A stretch of DNA of 61,897 nt, the filler included, from Chiloscyllium plagiosum (Eukaryota), in assembly GCF_004010195.1 (NCBI RefSeq). It is 5 parts of one record of this genome, joined end to end, with 100 filler letters (N's around TTAATTAATTAA, not from the genome) between each part and the next. Parts side by side here need not be neighbours in the genome. Positions count along the whole stretch, not along the records: positions 42,206 to 52,232 come from NC_057715.1; positions 52,333 to 61,897 come from NC_057715.1; 3 more parts are not named here. One strand, given 5' to 3'. The number at the start of each line of letters is the position of its first letter. The first letter of the stretch is position 1. Position numbers and translations under genes: made by a program. The notes under the pieces were generated by a model. The model had not been told where the DNA came from and did no database searches. It worked only from the letters and a program-made list of their open reading frames with translations. Shown here piece after piece: positions 48,910-61,446 of this stretch.

Positions 48910-50486
48910 TTGTGGGGTCTATCTTTATTCCATCTACAGCTAGAACATATCAATTTATTGGGTATACTGGTCTTGATAGGTTCACCTGGTCCGACTTATT
49001 CAGAGAAAGGTAACCTCTTGGTATAAGATGGTGAAGTCCATTTATTGCCTCTCACATGCTGATGTCTTTCTCATAGAAGGTGGGCGAAATTGGAATTTGG
49101 AATTCTGGAAATTTCTAGAAATATCAAAAGCCCAGGGGTCAAGATCTCCATACTTTCTGAGATGGTGGGAATTGGGATGGGGGCTTATCCGCTCTTGGGA
49201 TTACAGGTGGATAAATTCTTTCAGTGTCTGTTCCCAGAACTGAAACATTCACTAAGAATTCCCTGAAGTGAATGTGCTGTGTATTGTGTGACATGCCAAC
49301 AGGCTGTCTACATTTTTACTGACTGTAACACTTGAATTTCAGCCAAACAAAGCCAAAGCTGTCACTGCTTTTCATTATTGTCGAACAACATTGGCAAAAC
49401 ACTAATTATGTGGAATGGACCCAGATCATATGTTAAATGAATACATTAAAGTGAATTGATGTGTAATTAAATTAATATTTCAATTATGAAACAATTTACT
49501 ACATTTTATCTGGATCTAAAGATTGTGCAAAAATCCTTATAAAAAATATAGTGTACAAAGTAGCTTTGGTAACTTTTGCCATTGTGATTTTATTAAGTAA
49601 GAATGCCTTTTGAATTTTTATATTTTTATTTAGCTGTGAATTCGTGTTCAGCAGTATTAACACAGCTTTAAATCTGGAATAGTATCAGGATATTATCAAA
49701 CGAAGTGCCATTTTTTTTATTGTTAAGGGTATTACTCAACTCCAATTAAGTCTACATGGTCTGCTTTTTTGAATTTAGAAAATTGGAATATCTATTGTGG
49801 TGTAAGTACACAAGTAGACCTAAAATTAAACAAATTTTGCCGACTAAAAATATTTAGATATATTCAAGCTTAATATAAAGTCGGTTACCATAGTTGGCTT
49901 TTTTTGGACACAATGTTCAACTTTCTCCTCTGTCTTTTTGTAATCATTTGACTGGTCCAGCAATTGACCAGATTTTGTGGTTCTGACCATAAGCAGACAG
50001 GCACAGGCCTTCCCTCAACAGCACTCATACTATGAAAAGAGGGCAGAAAAGTAGAGCAGCCGTCTTCCTGAGAAAACAAAAGATTGAGTAAAGTCAAAAT
50101 AAAAATATGTTGGTCAAAGATTTCTCCCTAGGCTTGACACTTAGATGCTCTGATGCCCCACCATCAATTTGTAGGTCATTTTCACATTTTGAAGTCACAT
50201 GTATGAATACACATTTAACTGAGGGCGGGTACCTGGGAATGCAATTTCAATAGTTTCATTGACATCACTGGATCTATGTCTATGTTTGGAATACCTGGAA
50301 ATCATTAGGCAGTGAAATAATGCAATATGCCTCCACTGTTACTTCCTCTTCTCAATGCTTAAAAAGTGAGCTTTAACCATTTGAATGGTTGCATGTTGGA
50401 TTTCCATTCAGAATAACCCTTTTGGTTGTCACTTTTAAGCTTGATTAGGCTAAAAAAGATAACACTCTTTATTGTTGCATTTACAC

Positions 50487-51220
50487 AGTCTTAGCAGGAC
50501 TTATACACTTAATGGTAAGGTCCTAGGAAGTGTTGCTGAACAAAGAGACCTTGGAGTGCAAGTTCATAGCTCCTTGAAGATAGAGGTGCAAGTAGATAGG
50601 ATGGTGAAGAAGGTGTTTGGTATGCTTTCCTTTATTGGTCAGAGTATTGAATACAAGAGTTGGGAGGTCATGTTGCGGCTGTACAGGACATTAATTAGGC
50701 CACTTTTGGAATATTGCGTGCAATTCTGGTCTCCTTCCTATCGGAAGGATGATATGAAACTTGAAAGGTTCAGAAAAGATTTGCAGGAGGATTTGAGCTA
50801 TAGGGAGAGGCTGAATAGGTTGGGGCTGTTTTCCCTGGAGCGTCGGAGGCTGAGGGGTGACCTTATAGAGGTTTATAATTTCATGAGGGGCATGGATAGG
50901 GTAAATAGACAAGGGTGAGGGAGTCCAGAACTAGAGGGCATATATTTAGGGTGAGAGGGGAAAAATGTAAAAGAGACCTAAGAGACAACTTTTTCCCACA
51001 GAGGGTGCTGTGTGTGTGGAATGGGCTGCCAGAGGAAGTGGTGGAGACTAGTACAATTGCAACATTTAAGAGGGATCTGAGTGGGTATATGAATAGGAAG
51101 GGTTTGGAGGGATATGGGCCGGATTCTGGCAGGTGGGACTAGATTGGGTTGGGATACCTGGTTGGCATGGACGAATTGGACCTAAGGGTCTGTTTCTGTG
51201 CTATACATCTCTATAACTCT
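50487..51220 (+). mobile_element. CR1/HER1 3' end
   Basis: ORF 50472-50918: RDLGVQV..LEYCVQFWSP..RGDLIEVY. Confidence 0.9.
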
Positions 51221-51644
51221 ACTTGAGCATTTCTGGTCATTCGCTACATTTGTGAAATAAAGAATGGGGCAGATTGCACTGTGGTATGGAAGACACGGAG
51301 AGGCAAAGGGGTAAGTGACAGTGAGTAGGGGATGAAAAGTTTCAATAATGGATTATTACTTTATTCATGATGAATGATATTTATAAAATAATACAAAATT
51401 ATCATATTCTGTTTATTCAGTGAACAGTTAAAAAGTAATTGCTTCCATCTTGTGATTTCTAAATTAATTTTTTTGCCTTAATTAGCATAACATGAGAACA
51501 TTTACAAAAACATAATGTAATCTTTATTGTTATATTTAATATTTTCAACTTCAATTTTCTTACCCTGCAGCCTCAGGTGTTGGTTTAATTTAATTTCTGG
51601 GATCAGTTTGAAATGCCACCTAAAGGTAAGTCAGAACCTTTTTT

Positions 51645-51966
51645 TAGATTAGATTACTTACTGTGTGGAAACAGACCCTTCGGCCCAACAAGTCGACACC
51701 AACCCTCCAAAGAACAACCCACCCAGAACCATTCTCCTACACCTAACATTACGGGCAATTTAGCATGGTCAATTCACCTGACATGCACATCTTTGACATG
51801 CACATCCTTGGACTGTGGGAGGAAACCAGAGCACCCGGAGGAAGCCCACACAAACACGGAGAGAATGTGCAAACTCCACACAGTCAGGCACCTGAGTCGG
51901 GAATTGAACCCTGGTCTCTCGCGCTGTGAGGCAGCAGTGCTAACCACTGTGCCACCGTGCTGCCCA
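51645..51966 (-). mobile_element. HE1-like SINE
   Basis: GGGCAGCACGGTGGCACAGTGGTTAGCAC..GGTTCAATTCC; (AATCT)n tail. Confidence 0.9.
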
Positions 51967-52046
51967 CTTTATTAAAGAAATGATAAATATTCTTGGTACA
52001 TGTACTGCAGATATTACCTTTATAATGCCTGGTAATATGAATTTGA

Positions 52047-52232
52047 GAGGAGAAAGTGAGGACTGCAGATGCTGGAGATCAGAACTGAAAATGTATTGCT
52101 GGAAAAGCGCAGCAGGTCAAGCAGCATCCAAGGAGCAGGAGAATTGACATTTCGGGCATGAGCCCTTCTTCAGGAATGAGGAAAGTGTGCCAAGCAGGCT
52201 AAGATAAAAGGTAGGGAGGAGGGACTTGGTGG
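52047..52232 (-). mobile_element. PLE family A pLTR with intact hammerhead core (~52142-52177)
   Basis: ATTC-CTGAAGA-A-GGGC-TCAT-GCCC-GAAAT-GTC on the minus strand. Confidence 0.78.
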
Positions 52233-52412
52233 NNNNNNNNNNNNNNNNNNNNNNNNNNNNNNNNNNNNNNNNNNNNTTAATTAATTAANNNNNNNNNNNN
52301 NNNNNNNNNNNNNNNNNNNNNNNNNNNNNNNNTGACAACCGGAAGCGGCAGGGACAGGCCACCATAAATGCCGGAGGAAACACCACAGAAGCGCTTCACA
52401 GGAGGCTCCCAA

Positions 52413-52452
52413 GCACTGAGGATGTTACCTAGACAGGGGACGAAATGTTTGC
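52413..52452 (+). ncRNA. Minimal hammerhead ribozyme, family C (within a probable PLE end at 52333-52510)
   Basis: GCA-CTGAGGA-T-GTTACCT-AGAC-AGGGGAC-GAAA-TGTT-TGC: stem I GCA/TGC, CUGANGA, imperfect stem II, GAAA, GUU site. Confidence 0.6.
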
Positions 52453-52514
52453 AACAAAAATTTCCAGCTCGGCGAACAGAACCACAACAATGAGCACCCG
52501 AGCTACAAATCTTC

Positions 52515-53700
52515 ACCCAAATGTTTCACTCTCTCTGAGTCATCCTTGATCCTGGCAGCAGTGAGGCAACATACCATTCTGATTTTCCACGACTGGCCAT
52601 AGGAACGCCAGTCTGTGCCTCTGACTAGACAGTTCCCTAACACAATCGATCTCTTAGAACCTGATGTCGCCCTCATTGCATTAGAGCCAGTCTCACTACC
52701 AAAAACTTGGCTGTTCATGCTAAATTCCTCTGAGAATCCATCATCTCCTACATTTTTCAAAACAGCATACTTGTTTGAAATGGGGATAGCCACCCCTGCA
52801 CTACCTGCCTACTTCTCCTTTAGTTAACCCAGCTATGTGACTATATCTGCGACTTTTCCCTCTTCCTCTAACTGTCATCCATCACACCCCCTTGCTGTTG
52901 TAAATTCCTTATTGTCTCTAACTAATTCTCCAACCAATCCATTTGATCTGATAGGATTTACAACCAACAGCATTTATTGTAGATATAATCCTCAGTAACC
53001 CGTAAACTCTCTCTAAACTCCCACATCCGACAAGAAGAGCATATCACTCTACTGAGGGCCATTTTTGCTCTTCCAATCCACAGACACAGAAAATAACATC
53101 ATCTTATTCCTCGACAAAACACTGCTCCAGGTTAAATGAATACTTATGGCTTATATTTTTAAGTTTAATCGAGAGACATATCTCAATAAAACATATAATC
53201 AAGAAAGAACCTACTCTACTAACTAATGTAGATTTACAGCAAGGCTGTATTAAAAACAAATTACTTAGCTGTTTCTGTGCCGTGACCTCTCCCAAACAGG
53301 TTCCTCCAAGTTCAGTTGTGAATTTGTCTGTTTATTAATTTTCCCAGATGTTCTTCGCTGGCCAGCGATACATGGATTCAACAGCAAAGGCAGTAACTGC
53401 AGAGGTTCATTGCTTTGTCAGTTAGCAGTGTGGGTTTCTCTCTCTCTCTCTATATATATCTCTCTCCTGCACTGACCTGATCATGTGCTGCCTTTGTCTG
53501 TCCCTCTCCCTTTTAAAAGTGCTGTTGTTGTGACTATTTTCTCTCCAAAGTTCCAAAACAATGCAGGAGCATATAAAACAGTAATTGCTGCTCCTGAAAT
53601 TCAAGGAAATCACCTTGAACACCTAAAATAACTCAAAAAAGGAGCAGCCTGTTGCAGCCAGAAATTAGTCCCATCCTCCCTCTTGGACTACCCAGAATCC
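52515..53700 (-). mobile_element. CR1 5' region and ORF1 esterase fragment
   Basis: IPISNKYAVL..SIVLGNCLVRGTD..VCCL.AARI. Confidence 0.7.
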
Positions 53701-54188
53701 TCAGATATCCTAAATTAATCTAGTCCCATTTGCCAGCATTTTCGCCCATATCCCTCTAAACCCTTCCTATTCATGTATCCATTAAGATGCCTTTTAAATG
53801 TTGCAATTGTACCAGCCTCCACCACTTCCTCTGGCAGCTCACTCCATACACATACCACCATCTGCATGAAAAAATTGCCCCTTAGGTCTCTTTTATAACT
53901 TTCCCCTTCACCCCACACCTATGCCCTCTAGATCTGGACTCACCCACCCTAGGGAAAAGACTTTACCTATTTACCCTATCCATGCCACTCATGATTTTAT
54001 AAACCACTATAAGGTCACTCCTCAGCATCCGAAACTCCAGGGAAAACAGCCCTAGCCTATTCAGCCTCTCCCTATAACTCAAACCCTCCAACCCTGACAA
54101 CATCCTTGTAAATCCTTCCAAATTTCACAACATTCTTCCTATAGCAGGGAGACCAGAATTGTACACAGTATTCCAAAAGTGCCCTAAT
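53700..54188 (-). mobile_element. CR1/HER1 3' end
   Basis: RDLRGNFFMQ..WSELPEEVV. Confidence 0.85.
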
Positions 54189-54409
54189 CAGGTGGTGCTG
54201 TTATATTGGGCTGAATGGCCACCTTCTGTGCTACAACAATTCTGGTTATGTGATTCAGTGATTTTATTTCTCAGTCAGTCAGGTTGAAGAAGAGGGGTGC
54301 ATTGTATCGTCTCTATCCTGCCTGCAATACAATAAACAGTCTTAAAAGCTAGAACTAATTTAAAAGAATATTCAGAACTATAAGAAGTTATCATACCACT
54401 GAAGCCTGT

Positions 54410-54861
54410 TAAGACCATAAGACATAGGAGTGGAAGTAAGGCCATTCGGCCCATCGAGTCCACTCCGCCATTCAATCATGGCTGATGGGCATTTCAACTC
54501 CACTTACCCGCATTCTCCCCATAGCCCTTAATTCCTTGTGACATCAAGAATTTATCAATCTCTGCCTTGAAGACATTTAGCGTCCCAGCCTCCACTGCAC
54601 TCTGTGGCAATGAATTCCACAGGCCCACCACTCTCTGGCTGAAGAAATGTCTCCGCATTTCTGTTCTGAAATGACCCCCTCTAATTCTAAGGCTGTGTCC
54701 ACAGGTCCTAGTCTCCTCACCTAACGGAAACAATTTCCTAGCGTCCACCCTCGCCAAGCCATGTACTATCTTGTAAGTTTCTATTAGATCTCCCCTTAAT
54801 CTTCTAAACTCCAACGAATACAATCCCAGTATCCTCAGCCGTTCCTCATATGTTAGACCTA
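54410..54861 (-). mobile_element. Young CR1 3' end (open frame to the natural stop, then tail)
   Basis: GLTYEERLRILGLYSLEFRRLRGDLIETYKI..FFSQRVVGLWNSLP..GKWS*; (taagacca) tail. Confidence 0.92.
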
Positions 54862-55939
54862 ACTGCATATCTCCCCAACCCTTTCCAGCTCTTAACTTCA
54901 CTTTATGCCCCTATTGATCCGGGCATAAACTGCAAGCAACTGCACGCAATATTTCGGGGGAACCGAATGAACAAATGAAATAAACGACTGGAGAAAGCCA
55001 CAGAAACCTGTCGTTTCCAATAAAACATCTTTTGCTCAATCCTGCGCTGTGCACTTATCCTGAGCCCGATGCTCCAGTAATCTCTTGTCCGTGTCAGTAA
55101 AAGCTGCTCCACGAGGATTAATTACAGAACAGGTGCATCTAAATGGATTGAATTGCTTGAAGATGTAGACCATGGGATTGAGCACTTTCACCCAAAACAG
55201 TGACTGCAGCAGTACAGAATGAACAGTGCAAATGTGAGTATTATATTGCGCAGTACCTCAGTGAAATGGGAGGGTGGACGTTTAGGCAAGTTAGTTCTTG
55301 TGGGAGGGAGAGGTTACTCCGATAAAGGGTGGTTATGATATGTGAAACGCAAAGATGTGAGACAGCGGGTGTTTGAAGAAGGAAACTGATCACCACGAAG
55401 AGTATTTTTATGTAAAAAATAGATTGATTTTCCCAGCGTTTGCTAAGCACATATTACATGGAGTAAAACGGGAAAAATGCCGATTGCTGTGACAGTGATT
55501 CGAGCAGAACTTGCTGTGTTTACAATGCCAAGGAAGAACCATTTCATGATACTGGTGCCACATGGAAAATCACGATGCAAAAAGCAATAAGGATCATGGC
55601 AGAGATTATGCCAGGAACAGAACCACTCGCACAAAGGAATACTTGTGAAACAGTGACTGAGATGTGGGAACTCAGATTCGGTTGAATCTTTCACTTCTGT
55701 GTCCCGAGACACTGTAGTGATTGCAACACTGAGGTTGTCGGATATTACGTTTGCGAGATATCTACAAAACTTCAAATGATCGCAAAGGTCGTTACTGTAA
55801 TCGAGACCTCAGAAAATTAACTGGTATATCTGATGTGGTGATTAGGCTCACGTTCACGTCAGTTATGCTGAAGAATTGGATACGAAATTCATCAGATCAG
55901 CAGTGATAACATTGAATGACTGACCAGTCAGAGTGTGAA
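54862..55939. other. Unexplained CpG-rich non-repetitive segment located where the CR1 RT core is expected
   Basis: Sharp junctions to co-oriented CR1 pieces on both sides; about 30 CpGs counted by eye versus CpG-poor flanks; longest ORF 110 aa. Confidence 0.6.
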
Positions 55940-56047
55940 TTTGAAGTGGCCCAATGTCTACTTTTGCCTGTTGTTTGTTTCTTATGTATTGAAAGAAACT
56001 TTTACTATCATTTCTAATATTACTGGCTAGCCTACCTTCATATTTGT
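55940..56047 (-). mobile_element. CR1 ORF2 linker fragment
   Basis: KYEGRLASNIRNDSKSFFQYIRNKQQAKVDIGPLQ. Confidence 0.85.
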
Positions 56048-56480
56048 TGAAGCTCCAGTGAAGAGACTTACCTGAGTTGGTGACATCAGAGCATGGCCTC
56101 ACCGATTCTTCTCCGCATTGGTGCATCCCCATGATGATGGTTCCATCCTTGTTGTAGGAAAGAATGTTTGCCTGAAAAGTCTGAAAAACATGAGATCATA
56201 CTTTTAATCACAGTCAATTGTGACCGTAGTAACATTACCACTGGCCAAAAGATCTGAGCCACTATTTCCAGGTGCCAGACAAGTATATTACAATTTTCGT
56301 TATGTAATATCTTTTTTATTACATATGTGAAAACAGAAACTTATAGTGTATACTAGGTACATTATTCCCTTACAGTGCTTGCCTTCTATAATAGAAAACA
56401 TTCTCCGTCTTGTTCCCTTGATAATTTTCCCTCAAGTTCTGCTTATAATCATCCATTTGACTAACTACTTTAAAGGTAGC

Positions 56481-56672
56481 CATGATGTAGAGGTATCAGT
56501 GTTAGATTGAGATGTACAAAGTTAAAAATCACACAACGCCAGATTATAGTCCAACAGGTTTATTTGGAAGCACTAGCTGTTCCTTCACTGTTGACGGAGC
56601 AGCGCTCTGAAAGCTAATGCTTCCAAATAAGACTGTTGGGACTATAACCTGGTGTTGTGTAATTTTTAACTT
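56481..56672. mobile_element. Palindromic PLE family B mini-insertion (older, centre partly deleted)
   Basis: Inverted arms aagttaaaaatcacacaac.. / ..gttgtgtaatttttaactt; degenerate TSD taaaggtagcca / taaatggtaacca. Confidence 0.8.
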
Positions 56673-57699
56673 CTGTAAATGGTAACCAGGCTATTCCTTG
56701 TTTCCCAATTATTTTGACTGTGGAAACTCAGTTCCTAAGTGCAAATGAAAAGAAGAGGGAGAAAACTCTGCTTTGAATTTTCATATCTTTTAGATATCCT
56801 GAGTCTTCTGGTGTTTGAGCCAATGGAGCCACTTCCATTTCTTAAGATGCAGGAAATTTAATGCCATGGAAAAGAGGTAGGATTGGTATAATTGCATTTT
56901 CCATCTTGGTTTCCTTCGGGAACAGAAATCAGATACTTATTTTGATGGTTGTATGAAGAAACTGTTTCTAGCCCTTGCAACTAATGCCTCTTAGATTGCA
57001 GCATCTGAAAAGGACAGACATCAAGCCAAAGTTGTCTTTAATAATCAAGTAATCTCTTCCCACAGGGACCAATTACTTCATTACAACAATGTTTATATTT
57101 GGGACTTAAATCCTGGAGTGGGGCTTGAAATAACAGCATTCTGGTTAGAACCCAGAGGACTAGCAAATAGGTTATGTTGACAATTGTGGCATGCAACTTT
57201 TTATTGAAAGAAATGTCAGAATTTTCACATGTAGCGGTTCTTCACGAATTCTCTTTGTATTCAAAACTGATCTTCAAGGGCACTTTGGATTGTTTCTGTA
57301 TTAAGTGAGACCATCATATAGAATTCTGCTGTAATGAAACCTCTTGTGGGCACTTGTTTGCAAAATTCTGATTACCAAGTCTAAAACACTGACACTAATA
57401 ATGTGTTCAGGGCAAGATCTGCTCAAAAGCGATCCATTAAAATCCTGTTGTTTCATGAATTGATTTTTACAACTGGTACTGTGTGGCTATAATAAAAAAA
57501 TGAAATATTCTTTCCACTTGCCTTCATATGACTGAAAGCCTGGAGCTACTTCGACTGGTGCAAACTGCGTGTCCCAATCTCTTCATATCCCTAAAAGGAG
57601 ATACTGGCCGGATTTGCTTTCCACAGTAAGTCCTTTATTCACCCCTCCCTTGAGTGTCACTGGTACTCCAACAGCCTGAGAAGAATCCCAAAACAAACT

Positions 57700-57925
57700 T
57701 AGAAACAGAAAATAGTGGAGAAGCCCAGCAGGCCGAGCAGCAACTCTGGAGAGATTGAAAAAAACAGTGTTAGCAATTCATATCCAACATGATTTCTCTT
57801 CAGAACTTTGAATTTTAGTCAAAACATTAATTCTGTTTTGCTCTACACAATTGCTGTCAGACCTGCAGTTTCTCCAACACTTTCTGCCTTTGTTTCAGAA
57901 TTCCAGGATCAACAACACCTTGCTG
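57700..57925. mobile_element. Old inverted pair of PLE-derived pLTR-like sequences
   Basis: aaacagaaaatagtggagaag..cagcagg.. and its degenerate reverse complement ..cctgcagtttctccaacactttctgcctttgtttcag; related to 10110-10225 and 38690-38790. Confidence 0.45.
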
Positions 57926-60900
57926 TCACTAAAAAAATTCCTTGCCGTGCAGCTCCATTTTCAAAGAGGAAATGATGGAATGTAGTCATACTCTTAAGGT
58001 TAAATAACACAATAGTTCAGAACAACTTTACTGCTGAGACCATGGGCAGGAATGTTTCCTCAAGGTTGGCATTACAATGTCAGGATCAAATAAGGAGCCC
58101 AACCCTGCAATGCCTACTGATCAATGAAGGATAGAATGTCGCTGAATGATGACACATGGGCACTCCCCATTGTCAAATGTGAGAGCTGCTGAGCTCTGCA
58201 GACAGAGAGACAGAGCAAGAATGAGAGAGCCTCACAATGGAAGTGTCCTCTGAAGATGAGATAAACTAAGAATTGAGTTAATATAAGCTATAAATGCCAG
58301 GCCATTATTGTGGAGAGGCACCCCTTCATTGAATGGCTAACAGTGGTTGTCATGACTTGACAGCCACAGCAGATCTAATGTGGCAGGTTTCTAATTTTAA
58401 TGAAGTGCTCCCTGCCAGGTCCCCCCATCATTTGCCAGTAGTTGTCATGCTTTCACTGGCTATGTTTTAGGAATGTTGTGAAAATTCACCTTCCAAATGA
58501 AAACTTTCATCTGGTGATGTGCCTTAATAGGCACCTTAGTTCAAAAACAATGATAAAATGCAATTGCCGAATCCAGATTGTATATCCTCAGCTGTTCATT
58601 CAGAAATGAAGTTTCAGGCCTTTGGCATTGATCTCACTAATAATTGCTTAATCACAGAGAGTTTATGTAATTTTAATAAACTGAACATCACAACAGTAGG
58701 AGCACATATTTTAAGATCTGTCAGGATGTGGCAGAAGTAGATGAGTGATTATTACACAAAGGGAGCTATTTAAGAAGACCATAAAGATATCAGAAAATAA
58801 ACTTAATACTTTTGGGGATCCACATCCTGACCAAAACCTGGAACCTCCAGATATTCTCCATTTGTCAGCGCAACAAATAGCATTCCTGGTGTAACCCACT
58901 GTATTGCCTATTGTTCTGCCGGGCCAGAAATGGAGAAACCTCCCACAGTATCCAATAGACAACACCTCTGATGACATTGCTTTGATGTCAATACTCAAAA
59001 CATGAATGTTCAGTGGTTGTCGGGATTGAGGAAGTTACAGAGGTAGAAAACAGAAGACATGGAATGTTATGAACATGAGCTTGAGAACTTTTGTTGGACA
59101 ATCCATGTTATTGAGTACAAGGGTAAAGAGCAAATTACATTGACATGATTTAAGTCACAGGCAGCAGAGTAGGGTGCCATAGTGGAGCAAGCATATTCTA
59201 GTCCTATGCAAGGAACTAAGCAATATAAACAAGTCATTGCTTAGGTAGAGTCTTTATTGCAAGTCTTGTCTTCATTTTTACAAAGAAGGTTTTTGATTCA
59301 GTGCTGAGAATATATGCCTGGCAGTTATAAATCCTTATGCTGTAAGATTCAATGTCCTCATCCATTTGGGAACTGATATAGCAATTGGTAAAATGAAACA
59401 TACCAATATCCAAAAGGGCAGAATGAGCCCTGCTGATGAGGATCTTATATGGCAATTTTGACTCAAAGTTTCCTCAGTTAGACAGGGCAAGAGGCCAACT
59501 GAGGTTATAATGTTGGAACAAATAGTAGTTTCATGTAAGTGAGGTTCTCAGCTAGATCTGCAGGGGTCAACATTGAGGGACAAGTGCCCATGATCTAGAA
59601 CAAGTATTACATTTCTTGTACATTTTCAAATAAAATGTACACAGAATTGGTGCACAGCTGAAAAGATATTAAATGACGTACTTGTTATGAGACAAAATTA
59701 GCTCATTACACCTTTAAATAATGACATGTGCTTTAACCAGACTGGATTAGTTTCCACAATTCATTATGGTACAGAGAGGATTCCTCAAACTGCTAAGCTT
59801 CAAAATGAGGAGGGATGAACTGGTTACCCTTCTTTAATGACCTTCATTATTTGCAACAAAGTTTATTTAAAAAGGATCCATTTCTTGTGAATACTTTTTT
59901 TCCTGGATCCAAATAATCTTAAGTTTCAAAAGAGTAAGTTTAACCAAGCTTTCTTGAGTTAACAGCTGGAGTGAGTTTATTAATTATTAAAAGCAAGAAG
60001 AACTGCTAATACAATACATACACGCAGCTTAGAAATATGAGGGGAATTCAAAAAGATAAAAGCTGGAACAAATGAATGTATAGGTCAGCCTCTGAAATGT
60101 TTGTGAAATTTATAAATGGTCCGTTGAAGGTTACCAGAGGCATTGACATTGGCAAGTATAAAGCCATCTTCACAATCCTTAGTTTTGCAGATTGATCAAA
60201 GTTCTGTAGTTCTGATCCTTTTGACAGTGTAAAAGTTCCAGCATGAAGGGTGAGAGTGCTTAGTTTTGCTGTTACCTTTGTAACTGGTTTACAGCACACA
60301 GAATTAAAGAGGGTTTTTAACTGCAACGTAAGAGTAACTAGGGGTTAGGTCTTTGACTATGACTATCAGACCACGCCAATGCTCAAATCTCTGTTTGTAC
60401 AAATAAGAGCATTCAAGCCCACTAATCCACTCCAAGAGAATTTAAGCTATTTTAAGCACTTAATCTTGAGTATTCTTCAATCGTAAAAACTACAATTCAT
60501 CTGAAGTTTGGAATATAATCCATAGAGCAGTGTCAGCCCCTCATTATACTTGCAGACGCAAAAGATCACTGTCTGGTCTTTGCAGTTGGCTTGACACCTT
60601 TAGATGTTATATCACATTGGTCCACACAGAAGTTTTTAAAAAGATTTTTCCAATTAATTTGTTTAAAGTTGGGAAGAGGCAATGGCCAAGTGGTATTATT
60701 GCATGACTGTTAATCCAGAGATCCATGCAATGTTCTGGCAACCTGAGTTTGAATCCCACCAGAATAGATGGTGGAATGTGAATTTAATTTTAAAAATCTA
60801 TTGATGACCACGAATCCATTGTTGATTATTGGGAAAACTCCATCTGGTTCACTAGTGCCCCTTAAGGAAGAAAACTGTCATCCTTTCCTGGTCTGGCTTG

Positions 60901-61446
60901 CATGTGACTCCAGACCCACAGCTATGTGGCTAAACCAATATTGCCCACTGGGCAATTAGTGAGGGACAATAAGTGTTGGCCTAGCCAGTGGCAACCTCAT
61001 CCCATGAACTACACACCTCTGGAGCAGGTGGGACTTGAACCTCCTAACTCAGAGTTACGGGCACTACCCCTGTGCCACAAGGAAAACCTTTTTAGACCTC
61101 AAGTGGGACACTTAATCTACATCTGCAGTGTATCTATGGCCATCCTGCTTTTTAAATTAACACATTATGTTAAAATTACAAGTTAAAAAAAAGTCTGTAA
61201 ATACTTTGAGGTTCTGATTCATTGCCACAATATAATACATTGTGAATTTAATGCATTTATAATATTCAAGTAACCACAAGCATTGGACATAGTCAAACTC
61301 TGTAAACCTACTTTGATTGAAAAAAAATCTTGGGATTAGATTTCAGCTCAGAACATTTTTGGTGAACGACACAGTATTGAGACATTTGTTGAAGCAGAGC
61401 ACACATTTCAAAACAGTTGTTTTTCCAAAACTAACTATGTGAAAGA

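Larger units (their letters stand above)
43070..60320 (-). pseudogene. Putative decayed multi-exon gene (exon-like islands 60135-60320, 58810-59034, 57522-57675, 56072-56180, 49889-50067, 44154-44258, 43070-43240); product unrecognised
   Basis: Non-repetitive islands mostly bounded on the minus strand by pyrimidine-tract/AG acceptors and GT/GC-type donors, some mutated; the spliced frame has many stops. Confidence 0.35.

Noticed and set aside
51895..51966. tRNA gene
   Set aside because: The A/B boxes belong to the tRNA-derived head of an HE1-like SINE; no full cloverleaf, and the SINE body follows
55443..55775. 110-aa ORF as a functional GPCR or membrane protein gene
   Set aside because: TTG start, no colinear 7TM motifs (no DRY-like motif), and hydrophobic pieces scattered across frames
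57522..57675. Selenocysteine readthrough in the frame AVGVPVTLKGG..LLLGI*RDWDTQF (single TGA)
   Set aside because: No selenoprotein similarity recognised and no SECIS identified; this frame hits a stop in the next candidate exon
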